A DNA stretch of 64,000 bases. Origin: Candidatus Latescibacterota bacterium (lineage in GTDB: Bacteria > Latescibacterota > UBA2968 > UBA8231). A program made the position numbers and the translations under genes. Below are positions 32,893 to 44,882 of this stretch, one piece after another. The stretch lies in assembly GCA_965215195.1 (NCBI GenBank), contig CBDCDC010000002.1, positions 3,072,001-3,136,000 of the forward strand. The letters run 5' to 3'. The first letter of the stretch is position 1; every line of letters starts with the position of its first letter. The notes under the pieces are model-generated. The model was given only the letters and a program-made list of their open reading frames with translations, searched no databases and was not told where the DNA came from.

Positions 32893-33183
32893 ATGCAGCC
32901 CAGAATCAGTATGCGCCACGGCAAAATTTCAGAAGAAACCAAAGCGCACATTGCCAGTTCTTGTACTAAGCTCGAAAACTACTTCGACCGCATCGTGGAT
33001 TGCGAAGTCGTTCTCGACAAGGAAAAGCACGACGACAAAGTGGAAATTATCGTCAAGGTCCCGCAGCGCACGTTTGCGGCCACCGGGGCGGCGAACAATC
33101 TTTACAAGGCTTTCGCCGAAGCCGAGTCCAAGATCGAAAGCCAGCTCAAAAAACACCACGACAAGCTGGTGTCCCACCACTAA
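32893..33183 (+). CDS. hpf: Ribosome hibernation promoting factor (short HPF/RaiA)
   Basis: ISMRH...KLENYFDRI...NLYKAF...KIESQLKKHHDK. Confidence 0.85.
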   Translation: MQPRISMRHGKISEETKAHIASSCTKLENYFDRIVDCEVVLDKEKHDDKVEIIVKVPQRTFAATGAANNLYKAFAEAESKIESQLKKHHDKLVSHH

Positions 33184-33186
33184 AAA

Positions 33187-34335
33187 ATGATCGTTGGTAT
33201 CGCACGAGAGACCTTTGCTGGTGAGCATCGGGTTGCCTTGGTGCCGGAGGCTGTTTCCGGGTTGTCGGCCTGCAACGCGGACATCCTAATAGAGCCGGGC
33301 GCGGGTGCCGCCGCCGGCTATGCCGATGCGGCCTATGCCGACCGCGGCGCTCAGATCGCGGCCGACCGCGACGAGGTGTTCGCCCGCGCCGACGTGGTGC
33401 TACAGGTGCGTACGCTCGGGGCGAACCCGGAGGCCGGCCGCGCCGACTTGGCCCGCATCCGCTCCGGTCAAGTCCTCATTGGGGCCTCGGACCCGCTGAC
33501 CGCTGGCCCGCAGTTGGGTGCGCTAGCCGATGCCGGAGCGACCCTGTTCGCCATGGAATTGATTCCGCGCATTACCCGCGCCCAGAGCATGGATGTGCTC
33601 TCGTCTATGGCTACGATCGCCGGGTACAAAGCGGTGCTTTTGGCCGCAGCGGCCCTGCCGCGCATGTTTCCGCTCTTGATGACGGCCGCTGGCACGTTGA
33701 CTCCGGCCCGGGTGCTGGTCATCGGCGCGGGGGTCGCCGGCCTCCAGGCCATTGCCACGGCCCGTCGCTTGGGAGCGGTCATCCGGGCGTACGACGTGCG
33801 GCCGGCGGTCAAAGAACAGGTCGAGAGCCTCGGAGCCGAGTTCGTGGAGCTGGACATTGACGCCGGCGACTCCGAGGATGCGGGTGGGTACGCGCGGGCG
33901 CAGGACGAGGTGTTCTACCGCCGCCAGCGCGAGGAGTTGGCCAAGGTCGCCGGCCAGAGCGACGTGGTCATCGCCACGGCCGCCATACCAGGGCAACCAG
34001 CTCCTTTGTTGATTACGGCCGCGGCCGTGCAGAGCATGGGGCCGGGATCGGTCATCGTGGATTTGGCCGCCGAGCGCGGCGGCAACTGCGAATTGACGCG
34101 CCCTGGGGAGACGGTCGTAGAGGACGGAGTGCAGATCATGGGGCCGCTCAATTTACCGGCTACTGTGCCACACCACGCCAGCCAAATGTACTCGCACAAT
34201 ATCGCGACCTTCCTCCGGCACTTGGCGGGAGAAGGGGAGCTGCAATTCGACATGGAAGACGAAATCACGCGCGAGACCTTGGTGTTGCGCGATGGTGAGA
34301 TCGTCCATCCGCGCATTCGCAAAGGAACTACATAG
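33187..34335 (+). CDS. pntA: NAD(P) transhydrogenase alpha subunit, part 1
   Basis: RVALVP, PRITRAQSMDVLSSMATIAGYKA, GAGVAGL. Confidence 0.95.
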   Translation: MIVGIARETFAGEHRVALVPEAVSGLSACNADILIEPGAGAAAGYADAAYADRGAQIAADRDEVFARADVVLQVRTLGANPEAGRADLARIRSGQVLIGASDPLTAGPQLGALADAGATLFAMELIPRITRAQSMDVLSSMATIAGYKAVLLAAAALPRMFPLLMTAAGTLTPARVLVIGAGVAGLQAIATARRLGAVIRAYDVRPAVKEQVESLGAEFVELDIDAGDSEDAGGYARAQDEVFYRRQREELAKVAGQSDVVIATAAIPGQPAPLLITAAAVQSMGPGSVIVDLAAERGGNCELTRPGETVVEDGVQIMGPLNLPATVPHHASQMYSHNIATFLRHLAGEGELQFDMEDEITRETLVLRDGEIVHPRIRKGTT

Positions 34336-34616
34336 TGGATGTCCTCGTAGCCGCGCTGACGGTGTTTGCCTTAGCCGTCTTCGTCGGCTTTGAAATCATC
34401 ACCAAGATCCCGCCGACCCTGCACACGCCCCTGATGTCCGGCTCCAACGCCATCTCTGGCATCACCCTGATCGGTGCGCTGCTCTCGGCCGGTTCCGAAC
34501 ACTCGTCCTTGGCGACCTATTTGGGGTTGGCGGCCGTCGTCTTTGCCACCATCAACGTGGTGGGTGGGTTCATGGTGACGCACCGCATGTTGGGGATGTT
34601 CAGGAGGCGGGACTAG
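34335..34616 (+). CDS. NAD(P) transhydrogenase alpha subunit, part 2
   Basis: LHTPLMSGSNAISG...INVVGGF. Confidence 0.95.
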   Translation: MDVLVAALTVFALAVFVGFEIITKIPPTLHTPLMSGSNAISGITLIGALLSAGSEHSSLATYLGLAAVVFATINVVGGFMVTHRMLGMFRRRD

Positions 34617-34619
34617 CGC

Positions 34620-35993
34620 ATGAGCGCGACCCTGATTAACTTCGCCTACTTGGTCGCCTCGGTGCTCTTCATCTTCGGCCTCAAGGGGCTGACGCACCCG
34701 CGCACGGCCGTCCGCGGCAATCTGCTGGGTGCCTTGGGGATGTTGTTGGCCGTCGTCGCCACCCTGCTGGACCAGCGGATTCTCTCCGGCGAATACATTT
34801 TGCTCGGCGTAGTAGTAGGTGCGCTGGTTGGCACGATCCTCGCGGTAAAAATCCCCCTAACCTCCATGCCTGAGTTGGTGGCGGTTTTTAATGGCTTGGG
34901 CGGCGGTGCTTCCGCGCTGGTGGCCGGCGCGGCACTGGTTGAGGCGCAGGCCCCTTCCTACCAATTCACGGCCGCGACGGCCGCCTCTGGGATCATCGGC
35001 GCGGTGACCTTCTGGGGCAGTATCGTGGCCTTCCTCAAACTGATGGAAGTGCTCAAGGGCTTGATCCGGTTTTCCGGCCAGCAGTTTTGCAATGGAGTGC
35101 TGGCCCTCGGTAGCGCCGGCTTGGCTGCTTGGCTGGTGCTGGGCGAGCCGGACGCCTTCTGGGCCATGGTCTGCGCGGCCTCGCTGTTGGGCGTGTTGCT
35201 CGTAGTGCCCATCGGCGGGGCCGATATGCCGGTGGTGATTGCCTTGCTCAATTCGTGCTCGGGTCTGGCCGCGGCCGCCACCGGCTTTGTGCTCGACAAC
35301 AACGTGCTGATTATCGCGGGGTCGCTGGTGGGGGCCTCGGGGCTAATTTTGACGCAAATCATGTGCCGGGCCATGAACCGCTCGCTGGGCAATGTGTTCT
35401 TTGGCGGCGTCGGTGCCGAGGTCGCCAGCGGAACCAGCGACGACGAGGTCTATGCCGGCAAGATCAAGTCAACCTCGGCCGAGGAAATCGCGCTGCTGTT
35501 TGACACGGCCCGGCGCGTGGTGGTGGTCCCCGGCTACGGCATGGCCGTGGGTCAAGCGCAACACGCCGTGCGGGACTTGGCCAATTTGCTCGAAGAGCGC
35601 GGCGTTGAGGTCGCGTACGCGATTCATCCGGTGGCGGGTAGGATGCCGGGCCACATGAACGTGCTCTTGGCCGAGGCCGAAGTGCCCTACGACAAGCTGG
35701 TGGAGATGGATCGGATCAATCCGACCTTCCAGCAGACCGATGTGGCGTTGATCATCGGCGCCAACGATGTGGTCAACCCCCTCGCCCGCGACGCGGATTC
35801 CGGGCCGATTGCCGGGATGCCCATCCTCGACGTGGATAATGCGCGCACGGTGGTGGTGATTAAGCGGAGCCTGAGCCCGGGATTTGCCGGGCTGCCCAAT
35901 CCGCTTTTTGCCGCGGAAAATGCGCTGATGTTTTTCGGCAATGCCCGGGAAGCCGTGTTGGATTTGGTGGCCGCGGTAAAGGAGAGCGGATAG
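34620..35993 (+). CDS. pntB: NAD(P) transhydrogenase beta subunit
   Basis: IGGADMPVVI, VPGYGMAV, HPVAGRMPGHMNVLLAEA. Confidence 0.96.
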   Translation: MSATLINFAYLVASVLFIFGLKGLTHPRTAVRGNLLGALGMLLAVVATLLDQRILSGEYILLGVVVGALVGTILAVKIPLTSMPELVAVFNGLGGGASALVAGAALVEAQAPSYQFTAATAASGIIGAVTFWGSIVAFLKLMEVLKGLIRFSGQQFCNGVLALGSAGLAAWLVLGEPDAFWAMVCAASLLGVLLVVPIGGADMPVVIALLNSCSGLAAAATGFVLDNNVLIIAGSLVGASGLILTQIMCRAMNRSLGNVFFGGVGAEVASGTSDDEVYAGKIKSTSAEEIALLFDTARRVVVVPGYGMAVGQAQHAVRDLANLLEERGVEVAYAIHPVAGRMPGHMNVLLAEAEVPYDKLVEMDRINPTFQQTDVALIIGANDVVNPLARDADSGPIAGMPILDVDNARTVVVIKRSLSPGFAGLPNPLFAAENALMFFGNAREAVLDLVAAVKESG

Positions 35994-36009
35994 GGCCGTT
36001 TTCCCGCGC

Positions 36010-36585
36010 TCACTCGACGAAAATAGCGTCGTCGGGCCAAGATTCCACGATGAAACCCGCCTTTGTATTTACCATGGGCAAATAGTTGTGCAGCCGCCTG
36101 ATGGGGTCCAACAGGCGGATGGTTTGCATCTCTTGGATAGAGTCCTCGCCGTGGTTTTTTTGCAGCGAGGGGATGATCTTGCCCTGAACACTTTCGGCCA
36201 CATCGCTGTCGGACTCGCCTTCGACGACCATCACCAAAGCGATGTGGCCATCTACTTCGGCGATATAGCTGTCGCGGATTAGCTCGCTGAAGACGTTGGC
36301 GACATTGGGTTCGGAGCGGATTTCCTGCACGATCTGGCTGCGGGTGATGCCCAATTTGAACTTGATGGTGAGCATGTGCTGGGTCGAGAAGCGGCCCGTG
36401 CCCGCGGCCTGCATATCGACCGCCGCGTAGTAGAAGAGGATGTCTTCCTGTTCGAGGCGGGCGCGCTTGCGGCTGACGGTGCGCACTGGTACGCCGGTCA
36501 AGGTGCTGATGCGATTGTCCGAGCAGCGGGGGTTGCGGATGAGGGTGCGGACGATCTGCCGCTCTTGTTCGTCAAAACATCTCAT
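36010..36585 (-). CDS. Lrp/AsnC-like transcriptional regulator
   Basis: N-terminal HTH (NPRCSDNRIS...PVRTVSRKRARLE); divergent from gltB. Confidence 0.75.
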   Translation of the reverse strand: MRCFDEQERQIVRTLIRNPRCSDNRISTLTGVPVRTVSRKRARLEQEDILFYYAAVDMQAAGTGRFSTQHMLTIKFKLGITRSQIVQEIRSEPNVANVFSELIRDSYIAEVDGHIALVMVVEGESDSDVAESVQGKIIPSLQKNHGEDSIQEMQTIRLLDPIRRLHNYLPMVNTKAGFIVESWPDDAIFVE

Positions 36586-36621
36586 GGCCTGAATTGTCCG
36601 TTTTTAAGCAAAAGTTAGCGC

Positions 36622-36720
36622 AATTTAGGCCATATACGATAGTGCTGTCAAGAGATGTTTCAAGAAAGTTGTGGAAACTGGCGTAAGGGTGTTTGACAAC
36701 GTAGGCGCAATTCATATATT
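36622..36720. promoter_or_regulatory. Divergent sigma70 promoters for lrp and gltBD
   Basis: Minus strand TTGACA(36651-36646)-18-TAAATT; plus strand TTGACA(36693-36698)-16-TATATT. Confidence 0.55.
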
Positions 36721-36933
36721 AAACCCTCTTACACAATTTGGAAGAACAGACCGAGACGGCGGTCCTGTCCATTAGCTTGTGCGCGTATTTTCTACTGCCG
36801 GTGCGCGGCGTTTCTTCAGTAAACGATGCCAACTTTCGAGTGCGAGCAGGGGTCGTCCCTTGGGTCGGCGCGACCTAGGTGTCTCTTCTGCTTGGCTGTT
36901 ACCTCGACGGGACCTTGAGCAAGGAAAATTAAA

Positions 36934-39900
36934 ATGACCCACGGATACCCGCACAAGCAGGGTCTTTACGACCCAGCCCGCGAAAGCGACGCCTGCGGAA
37001 TCGGCTTTGTCGTCAACATCAAGGGCCACAAGTCGCACAAATTGGTGCGCCAATCCTTGGAGGTCTTGGAGCATCTCAAGCACCGCGGTGCCTGCGGTTG
37101 CGAGCCCAACACGGGCGATGGTTCCGGCATGTTGGTGCAGTTGCCCCACAAGTTCTTTAGTGCTGTCTGCGACTTTGCGTTGCCCTCATTAGGCGAGTAC
37201 GGAGTGGGCATGTTGTTTTTGCCGCCCGATCCCGTCCAGCGCCAAGTCTGCGAGGAGCGCTTCGCCCGCATCGTCGAGGAAGAGGGCCAGCGCCTCCTCG
37301 GCTGGCGGGACGTGCCCACCCACAACGCCGCTTTGGGCCGCACCGCTAGGCTGCGCGAGCCGGTTCAGCGCCAGGTCTTTATCGGCCGCGGCGAAGTGCA
37401 AGGCGACGACGCGCTGGCCTTTGAGCGCAAGCTCTACGTCATCCGCAAGCGCGCTGAAAACGCGATTCGCTACAGCGGCAAAGTCGCCGCGGGCGACTTT
37501 TTCTATCCGGCCAGCCTCTCTTCCCGCACCATCGTCTATAAGGGCATGCTGATCTCCGACCAAGTCGCGGGCTATTTCCCCGACTTGAGCGACGAGCGCT
37601 TTGAAGCGGCCATCGCATTGGTGCATTCGCGCTTTAGCACCAACACCTTCCCGAGCTGGGAGCGGGCGCATCCCTATCGCTATATCATCCACAACGGCGA
37701 GATAAACACCGTGCGCGGCAACGGCAACTGGATGCGCGCACGCGAGGGGATGCTGGCTTCCGCATACTTCGGCGATGACATCGACAAGCTCTTTCCCATC
37801 ATCCACGAAGACGGCTCTGATTCGGCCAAGTTCGACAATGCGCTCGAACTGCTGACCTTGGGGGGACGCTCGTTGGCGCACGCGGTGATGATGATGATTC
37901 CCGAGCCGTGGGAAAACCACGAAACCATGAGTGCCGAGAAGCGGGCCTTTTACGAGTACCATAGTTGCCTGATGGAGCCGTGGGACGGGCCGGCCTCGGT
38001 GGCCTTTACCGACGGCACGGTCGTCGGCGGCATGCTGGACCGCAACGGCTTTAGGCCCTCGCGCTACTACATTGCCAAAGACGATACCCTAGTGCTCTCC
38101 TCGGAAACGGGTGTGCTGACTATTCGGCCGGAAGACGTCGTCTGCAAAGGCCGGCTGCAACCGGGCCGCATGCTCTTGATCGATACGGAGGAGGGGCGGA
38201 TCATCAGCGACGAGGAGATCAAGCACCAGATCGCCACTGAGCATCCCTATCAGGCGTGGCTCGACGCCAATCTAGTCGCGCTCGAAGACCTGCCCGAGGC
38301 CAAGGGCGCACCCCTGCTAGCAAGCCACGAGGAAGTGCTCCACTGGCAGCAGGCCTTTGGCTATACGTTTGAGGACCTGCGCGTCTTCCTCAAGCCGATG
38401 GTCCAGGTGCTCAAGGATCCAGTCGGCTCCATGGGCAACGACGCAGCACTGGCGGCGCTCTCGGAGCGACCGCAGCTCCTCTACAACTACTTCAAGCAGC
38501 ACTTCGCCCAAGTTACCAATCCCCCGCTCGACCCGCTGCGCGAGGAATTGATTACCTCGGCCGAGACCAAGATCGGCCCCGAGCGCAACTTGCTGGAACC
38601 CGAGCCGGCGAGCTGCCGCCAGATCACCTTGCAGCGGCCGATTCTCAAAAACGACGAGTTGGAAAAGCTGCGGCAGGTCGATCGCTTTGGCCACAAGGCG
38701 GAGACGATCCCGATCTTGTTCAAGCGCCAAGACGGCGCGACCGGCCTCGCCAAGGCCATGGACGCGCTGTGCGCCAAAGTCGATGCGGCCATCGCCCGGG
38801 GGTGCAACCTGATCATCCTCTCGGACCGGGGGGTAGATGCCGACACCGTGCCGATCCCGGCGCTGTTGGCCGTGTCCGGGGTGCATCACCACTTGGTGCG
38901 GCTGGAGACTCGCACTCGCGTCGGCTTGGCGCTCGAGTCGGGCGAGCCGCGCGAGGTGCATCACTTCTGCCTGCTCTTGGGCTACGGCGCTCAGGCGATC
39001 AACCCCTACATGGCCTTTGAGAGCCTCAACGACATGATCCGCGAAAACATGCTCGAAGGCCATACTTATGCGGAGGCCGAGGAGCGCTACCTGTACGCGG
39101 CGATCAAGGGCACGGTCAAGGTGATGGCCAAAATGGGCATCTCCACGATCAAATCGTATCGGGGCGCACAGATTTTCGAGACTGTGGGGCTAAACCAAGA
39201 AGTGGTCGATCAGTACTTCACGTGGACCACGACCCAAGTCGAGGGCATGGGCATTGAGGACATTGCCCGCGAGGCCCTAGTGCGCCACGCGGCGGCCTTC
39301 CCCCCGATTCCGACCAACGGCCGCACCCTCGACGTGGGCGGGCACTACCAATGGCGCAAGGGCGGCGAGCACCACCTCTTTACCCCCAAGACGATTCACT
39401 TGTTGCAGCGGGCGTCGCGCACCAACGACTACGCGGTGTACGAGCAGTACGCCGAGCTAATCAACGACCAGTCCGAGCGCTTGGCGACTTTGCGGAGCCT
39501 GTTGGAGTTCAAGGGCGGTGCCGAGCCGGTGCCCATTGAAGAGGTCGAGCCGGTCGAGGCAATCACCCGGCGCTTCAAGAGCGGGGCGATGTCCTACGGC
39601 TCGATCAGCAAGGAGGCGCACGAAGGCTTGGCCATTGCCATGAACCGCCTCGGCGGCAAGAGCAATACTGGCGAGGGCGGCGAAGACCCGGCCCGCTATG
39701 TGATTGAGCCCAACGGCGACTCCAAAAACAGCGCCATTAAGCAGGTGGCCTCCGGGCGCTTCGGCGTGACGAGCCACTATCTGACCCAAGCCAAAGAACT
39801 GCAAATCAAGATGGCTCAGGGTGCCAAGCCGGGCGAGGGCGGCGAGCTGCCCGGCCCCAAGGTCTATCCCTGGATTGCCAAGGTGCGCCACTCGACCCCG

Positions 39901-41514
39901 GGCGTAGAGCTGATCTCGCCGCCGCCGCACCACGACATTTACTCAATTGAGGACTTGGCGCAGCTAATCCACGACCTCAAAAATTCAAACGTCAATGCGC
40001 GGATCAACGTCAAGCTGGTCTCCGAGTTCGGGGTCGGCACCGTGGCCGCGGGGGTGGCCAAGGGCCACGCGGATGTGGTGCTGATTTCGGGGCACGACGG
40101 CGGCACTGGAGCCTCGCCGCAGACCTCGATCAAGCACGCCGGCCTGCCTTGGGAACTGGGGCTGGCCGAGACGCACCAGACGCTGGTGCTCAACGACCTG
40201 CGCAGCCGCATCGTGGTGGAGACCGACGGCCAGCTCAAGACCGGGCGCGACGTGGTCATCGCCGCCTTGTTGGGTGCTGAGGAATTCGGCTTTGCCACCA
40301 CGGCGCTGGTTGCGATGGGCTGCATTATGATGCGGGTCTGCCACCTCGACACCTGTCCGGTGGGCGTGGCGACCCAAAACCCGGAGCTGCGCGCCAAATT
40401 CACGGGTACTCCCGATCACGTGGTCAACTTCTTGCGCTTCGTCGCCGAGGACATGCGCAAGATCATGGCCGCGCTCGGCTTCCGCACGGTCAATGAAATG
40501 ATTGGCCGCACCGACCGGCTCGAGCCCAAGAAAGCCATTGCGCTGTGGAAGGCGGCCGGCATTGACCTGACGCCGATCTTGCATCAGCCCGAGGTCGGCC
40601 CCCACATCGGCCGCTACTGCCAAATCCCGCAGGATCACGGGCTGGACGAGGCCCTCGACAATACCACCTTGCTAAAGCTGTGCAAGCCGGCCCTTGAAAG
40701 CGGCGAGCCGGTTGAGGCGGTATTGCCGATCGAGAATACCCACCGAGTCGTAGGCACGATCCTCGGCAGCGAGGTGACTAGGCACTACGGCCCGGAGGGC
40801 CTGCCCGAGGACTCGATTCGCCTCAAGTTCAAAGGCGTCGCCGGCCAGAGCTTTGCCGCCTTCACCCCTAGGGGGCTGACCATGGAAGTTGAAGGCGATG
40901 CCAACGACTACTTCGGCAAGGGGCTTTCCGGTGCCAAGCTGGTGCTCTATCCGCCCAAAGGCTCTACCTTCGCGCCGTGGGAGAACATCATTTGCGGCAA
41001 TGTCGCCTTCTATGGTGCCACCGCGGGCGAGGCCTATATCCACGGCATTGCCGGCGAGCGCTTCTGCGTGCGCAACAGCGGCGTCCGCGCCGTAGTAGAG
41101 GGCGTTGGCGACCACGGTTGCGAGTACATGACGGGCGGGCGGGTCGTGGTGCTGGGCCGCACCGGGCGCAATTTCGGGGCTGGGATGTCGGGCGGCATTG
41201 CCTACGTGCTCGACGAAGAGGGCGACTTTGCGATCCGCTTCAACGACGAGATGGCCGATATGGGGCTGGTAGAAGACGCTGAGGACATCGCCGAGCTGCG
41301 GGCCATGGTTGAGCGCCACGTGCAGCACACCAACAGCGCACTTGGCCGGCGGGTCTTGGACCAATGGGACGCGGTGCTGCCCCGATTCGTCAAGGTCATG
41401 CCGCGCGACTACCGCAAGATGCTCAACGCCTTCAAGCGCGTCGCGGAACGCGGCCTGACCGGCGACGAGGCCGCGCTAGTCGCCTTCCGCGAGGCCATGG
41501 CTGAAGCGTCTTGA
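36934..41514 (+). CDS. gltB: Glutamate synthase large subunit
   Basis: [39 protein letters not shown]. Confidence 0.98.
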   Translation: MTHGYPHKQGLYDPARESDACGIGFVVNIKGHKSHKLVRQSLEVLEHLKHRGACGCEPNTGDGSGMLVQLPHKFFSAVCDFALPSLGEYGVGMLFLPPDPVQRQVCEERFARIVEEEGQRLLGWRDVPTHNAALGRTARLREPVQRQVFIGRGEVQGDDALAFERKLYVIRKRAENAIRYSGKVAAGDFFYPASLSSRTIVYKGMLISDQVAGYFPDLSDERFEAAIALVHSRFSTNTFPSWERAHPYRYIIHNGEINTVRGNGNWMRAREGMLASAYFGDDIDKLFPIIHEDGSDSAKFDNALELLTLGGRSLAHAVMMMIPEPWENHETMSAEKRAFYEYHSCLMEPWDGPASVAFTDGTVVGGMLDRNGFRPSRYYIAKDDTLVLSSETGVLTIRPEDVVCKGRLQPGRMLLIDTEEGRIISDEEIKHQIATEHPYQAWLDANLVALEDLPEAKGAPLLASHEEVLHWQQAFGYTFEDLRVFLKPMVQVLKDPVGSMGNDAALAALSERPQLLYNYFKQHFAQVTNPPLDPLREELITSAETKIGPERNLLEPEPASCRQITLQRPILKNDELEKLRQVDRFGHKAETIPILFKRQDGATGLAKAMDALCAKVDAAIARGCNLIILSDRGVDADTVPIPALLAVSGVHHHLVRLETRTRVGLALESGEPREVHHFCLLLGYGAQAINPYMAFESLNDMIRENMLEGHTYAEAEERYLYAAIKGTVKVMAKMGISTIKSYRGAQIFETVGLNQEVVDQYFTWTTTQVEGMGIEDIAREALVRHAAAFPPIPTNGRTLDVGGHYQWRKGGEHHLFTPKTIHLLQRASRTNDYAVYEQYAELINDQSERLATLRSLLEFKGGAEPVPIEEVEPVEAITRRFKSGAMSYGSISKEAHEGLAIAMNRLGGKSNTGEGGEDPARYVIEPNGDSKNSAIKQVASGRFGVTSHYLTQAKELQIKMAQGAKPGEGGELPGPKVYPWIAKVRHSTPGVELISPPPHHDIYSIEDLAQLIHDLKNSNVNARINVKLVSEFGVGTVAAGVAKGHADVVLISGHDGGTGASPQTSIKHAGLPWELGLAETHQTLVLNDLRSRIVVETDGQLKTGRDVVIAALLGAEEFGFATTALVAMGCIMMRVCHLDTCPVGVATQNPELRAKFTGTPDHVVNFLRFVAEDMRKIMAALGFRTVNEMIGRTDRLEPKKAIALWKAAGIDLTPILHQPEVGPHIGRYCQIPQDHGLDEALDNTTLLKLCKPALESGEPVEAVLPIENTHRVVGTILGSEVTRHYGPEGLPEDSIRLKFKGVAGQSFAAFTPRGLTMEVEGDANDYFGKGLSGAKLVLYPPKGSTFAPWENIICGNVAFYGATAGEAYIHGIAGERFCVRNSGVRAVVEGVGDHGCEYMTGGRVVVLGRTGRNFGAGMSGGIAYVLDEEGDFAIRFNDEMADMGLVEDAEDIAELRAMVERHVQHTNSALGRRVLDQWDAVLPRFVKVMPRDYRKMLNAFKRVAERGLTGDEAALVAFREAMAEAS

Positions 41515-41529
41515 ACAGGAAAGAAATCA

Positions 41530-43023
41530 ATGGGTAAACTCACCGGGTTCATCGAATTTGCACGCGAGTTGCCAAAAGACCGCGACCCGTTAGAGCGCGT
41601 CGCGGATTGGGACGAGTTCCACGAGCACTTCCCGGACGAGCGCCTGCGCGATCAGGGTGCGCGCTGCATGGACTGCGGCATCCCCTTCTGCCACTTGGGC
41701 GACATCGTCAGTCAGGGCGACAAAGGTTCTGGCTGTCCGATCAACAACCTAATCCCCGAATGGAATGACTTGGTCTATCGCGGGTTGTGGCGGGAGGCGC
41801 TGGAGCGGCTGCACAAGACCAACAACTTCCCGGAGTTTACCGGCCGGGTCTGCCCGGCGCCCTGCGAGGGGGCCTGCGTAGTGGGGATCAACGCTCCGCC
41901 GGTGACGATCAAGAGCGTCGAGTGCGCCATTGTCGATAAGGGTTTTGCGATGGGCTGGATTGTGCCCGAGCCGCCCGACAAGCGCACCGGCAAGAAGGTC
42001 GCCATTGTCGGCTCAGGCCCGGCGGGCTTGGCCTGCGCTGCCCAGCTCAATCGCGCCGGCCACTGGGTGACCGTGTACGAGCGGGCCGATCGCATCGGCG
42101 GCCTGCTGATGTACGGGATACCCAACATGAAGCTCGATAAGAAAAAGGTGGTGCAGCGCCGCGTCGATCTGATGGAGGCCGAGGGCGTCAAGTTCGTCAC
42201 CCGCACCGAGATCGGCGGGGATCTTCCGGCGACCCAGCTAGTGGAAGAAAACGACTCGGTGGTGCTCTGCGGCGGGGCCACCAAGCCCAACGATCTGCCG
42301 ATTGAGGGGCGGGACCTGCAGGGCATCTACTTTGCGATGGACTTTTTGCACGCCAACACCAAGAGCCTGCTCGACTCCAATCACGCGGATGGCAGCTACA
42401 TCTCGGCCAAGGACAAGCACGTGATCGTCATCGGCGGCGGCGACACCGGCACCGATTGCGTCGGCACGTCGATGCGCCACGGATGCAAGACCCTCTCGCA
42501 GTTCGAGATCATGCCGCGGCCACCGGACGAGCGCGCACCCAACAACCCCTGGCCGCAGTGGCCCAACGTCTATAAGCTCGACTACGGTCAGGAGGAGGCC
42601 AAAGCCCGTTTCGGCGACGACCCGCGCACGTACCTGATTATGACTCAGCGGTTCGTCGGTGACGACGCGGGCCGCGTCAAGGCACTACACACGGTCAATA
42701 TCGAGTGGGATAAGGATGAGAACGGCCGCTTCACGCCGGTGCCGATTGAGGGTACCGAGAAGGTCTGGCCGGCCGATTTGGTGCTGTTGGCGATGGGTTT
42801 CCGCGGGCCAGAGGACGCGATGCTCGAACAGCTAGGCGTCGAGCGCGATGAGCGCTCCAACGCCCGTGCTGCACACGAAGAATACGCCACCAGCGTCGAG
42901 GGCGTTTTTGCGGCTGGCGACATGCGGCGCGGCCAGAGCTTGGTCGTGTGGGCCATCAACGAGGGCCGGGGTGCCGCCCGCGAGGTGGACCGCTATCTGA
43001 TGGGCAGCACACAGCTACCTTGA
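41530..43023 (+). CDS. gltD: Glutamate synthase small subunit
   Basis: [40 protein letters not shown]. Confidence 0.97.
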   Translation: MGKLTGFIEFARELPKDRDPLERVADWDEFHEHFPDERLRDQGARCMDCGIPFCHLGDIVSQGDKGSGCPINNLIPEWNDLVYRGLWREALERLHKTNNFPEFTGRVCPAPCEGACVVGINAPPVTIKSVECAIVDKGFAMGWIVPEPPDKRTGKKVAIVGSGPAGLACAAQLNRAGHWVTVYERADRIGGLLMYGIPNMKLDKKKVVQRRVDLMEAEGVKFVTRTEIGGDLPATQLVEENDSVVLCGGATKPNDLPIEGRDLQGIYFAMDFLHANTKSLLDSNHADGSYISAKDKHVIVIGGGDTGTDCVGTSMRHGCKTLSQFEIMPRPPDERAPNNPWPQWPNVYKLDYGQEEAKARFGDDPRTYLIMTQRFVGDDAGRVKALHTVNIEWDKDENGRFTPVPIEGTEKVWPADLVLLAMGFRGPEDAMLEQLGVERDERSNARAAHEEYATSVEGVFAAGDMRRGQSLVVWAINEGRGAAREVDRYLMGSTQLP

Positions 43024-43081
43024 GCGGCGACAGGTCGCACGAGGACAAGGCCCCTATGACGACAACGGAGCGAATTGTTCA

Positions 43082-43378
43082 TCACCTACACTTGTTCTGC
43101 GTGCTTTGCTTGGAACGCATAGCGATTGGCTTATTTGTATGATCTCGTCCCAACTACACCACGAAGTTGCGCATATCGACGAAGTAATCCGCGATTCGGA
43201 CCCTGATTTTACTCAAACGGGCCTTAAAACCACGAATCTCATTCGCGTTACTCGAATTGCCGTAGTTTCAGCGGATTTATTCAAGGGAAGTATCGGCAAA
43301 GTAGATAACAGGCGTCTTGAGCGAATGCAAAATCGTTTAGCCGGTTGGTTGCGAGCCTCTCAGCAGAATCTCCCCTAG
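43082..43378 (+). pseudogene. PemK/MazF-like toxin, N-terminally truncated
   Basis: PTLVLRALLGTHSDWLICMISSQ...DFTQTGLKTTNLIRVTRI...IGKV; lacks the N-terminal strand and has no antitoxin. Confidence 0.6.
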
Positions 43379-43394
43379 ATTCGGAGGTGGCGAC

Positions 43395-44864
43395 ATGCGT
43401 CCCTTCTACTCTTTTCTCATCTCTCTCGCCTTCTTCCTCCCGGCGGATGCAAGGAGCGGCCCGGATTTCGCGGAGGCTTTTCCCGACCCGGCCATGCTCA
43501 TGGCGACCGCTGACATCGAAGAAACGCGGGAACTACTCCATACGGTGCAACTTCCCGAGACGGACGCACACCACGACGCGCTGCTGAAGGCACTCGACGA
43601 TGTAGAAGCGATAGACAGTGAGCACCTCGTGCTGCTGACCGAAGCGGTTGCCATTCCGCCGCGGCTAACGGATGCCAAGACTGGGATAAAGTCGATCATC
43701 AAGGCAGTGATTGACGGCCGGGATATCGCATATAGCCGAGGGGAGGGCGAGTTTTCGCACGTCATTGACGACCTCCTCCTCGCCGGGGCCAAGAAGCTGA
43801 GCGATGTCGGTCCCCAGAGCTTTGGCCGCCTCGTATCCGTTGCGCAGACGCCGGAGGCTATCGTCGCGCTAAGCGATATCCTGCTAGAGCGCTCTGACTC
43901 CGGATCCACGAGCGATTTAGAGGCGATCCTCCGAGAGATTCCTTGGGACGGCGTCCGCCAAGAACTCTGCATTGAGGTCCTGATTCCCCGCGGCCTCCTA
44001 AAGGATGAGCGCACCGATATTGCGATTGAGTCGATGCGTTTCGATTCAGGCCGCACGGCCTTGATCGGTGCCGTGTACAAATCACTTGACGCGCTGGACG
44101 CGGCGACTCTTATGCGGCACGTGCGCTTGCAGGGCTTCGACAGCGGCAGGACGGATGTCGTTGAGGAAGGCGTTGCCGTGCTCGACCGCATAGATGGCTC
44201 GGTGGCGTTGGCGTTGGTGGAGACGGCGGGTTTTGATTCGGGCAGGGAAGCGATCCTCAAGGCATTGCTGCCAAAGCTGGCCCTGCGCAACGCCGATGAG
44301 ATGCTCGCTTTGGTGCGGACGAACTCGTACGATTCAGGTCGGGAGGCCATGCTCAAGGCATTGCTGCCGAAATTGGAGCGGATTGACGGCTCGGTGGCGT
44401 TGGCGTTGGTGGAGATGGCGGGCTATGATTCGGGCAGGGAGGCGATGCTCAAGGCATTGCTGCCGAAGTTGGCCCTGCGCAACGCCGATGAGATGCTCGC
44501 TTTGGTGCGGACGAACTCGTACGATTCAGGTCGGGAGGCCATGCTCAAGATCGGTGTCAAGCTCGGATCGAACTTCCCGGCGGTACGTGCCGACGATCTC
44601 GTATCCTATGCCCAAATCGGCAGCTTCGATAGTGGCCGCAACGAGATGCTGAGGCTGGTCGCGCCGCACTTCAAAGGCGGGTTTACGAAGCAGAGCGCAA
44701 CGCGGTTGCTCGGGGCGTTCTCGTTTGATAGCGGTCGATTGGATGCGGTCGAGTTCTTTCGGGAGGAGCTACAGAAGTTGTCCGAGAAAGATCGCCGCGA
44801 CGTGCTGGGTCCATTCTCGAGGGCATCGAGCCGCGAGGAAGCGGTGGAACTGCTGCTCCAGTAG
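43395..44864 (+). CDS. Secreted helical-repeat protein with (F/Y)DSGR repeats (DUF4476-like)
   Basis: Signal peptide; about eight ~32-aa repeats, each containing (F/Y)DSGR. Confidence 0.7.
   Translation: MRPFYSFLISLAFFLPADARSGPDFAEAFPDPAMLMATADIEETRELLHTVQLPETDAHHDALLKALDDVEAIDSEHLVLLTEAVAIPPRLTDAKTGIKSIIKAVIDGRDIAYSRGEGEFSHVIDDLLLAGAKKLSDVGPQSFGRLVSVAQTPEAIVALSDILLERSDSGSTSDLEAILREIPWDGVRQELCIEVLIPRGLLKDERTDIAIESMRFDSGRTALIGAVYKSLDALDAATLMRHVRLQGFDSGRTDVVEEGVAVLDRIDGSVALALVETAGFDSGREAILKALLPKLALRNADEMLALVRTNSYDSGREAMLKALLPKLERIDGSVALALVEMAGYDSGREAMLKALLPKLALRNADEMLALVRTNSYDSGREAMLKIGVKLGSNFPAVRADDLVSYAQIGSFDSGRNEMLRLVAPHFKGGFTKQSATRLLGAFSFDSGRLDAVEFFREELQKLSEKDRRDVLGPFSRASSREEAVELLLQ
44187..44549 (+). 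repeat. Intragenic tandem duplication, period 192 bp
   Basis: GGCTCGGTGGCGTTGGCGTTGGTGGAGA starts at 44196 and at 44388; the downstream sequences are near-identical. Confidence 0.9.
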
Positions 44865-44882
44865 CCCGGCCCGCGCCGTTTG

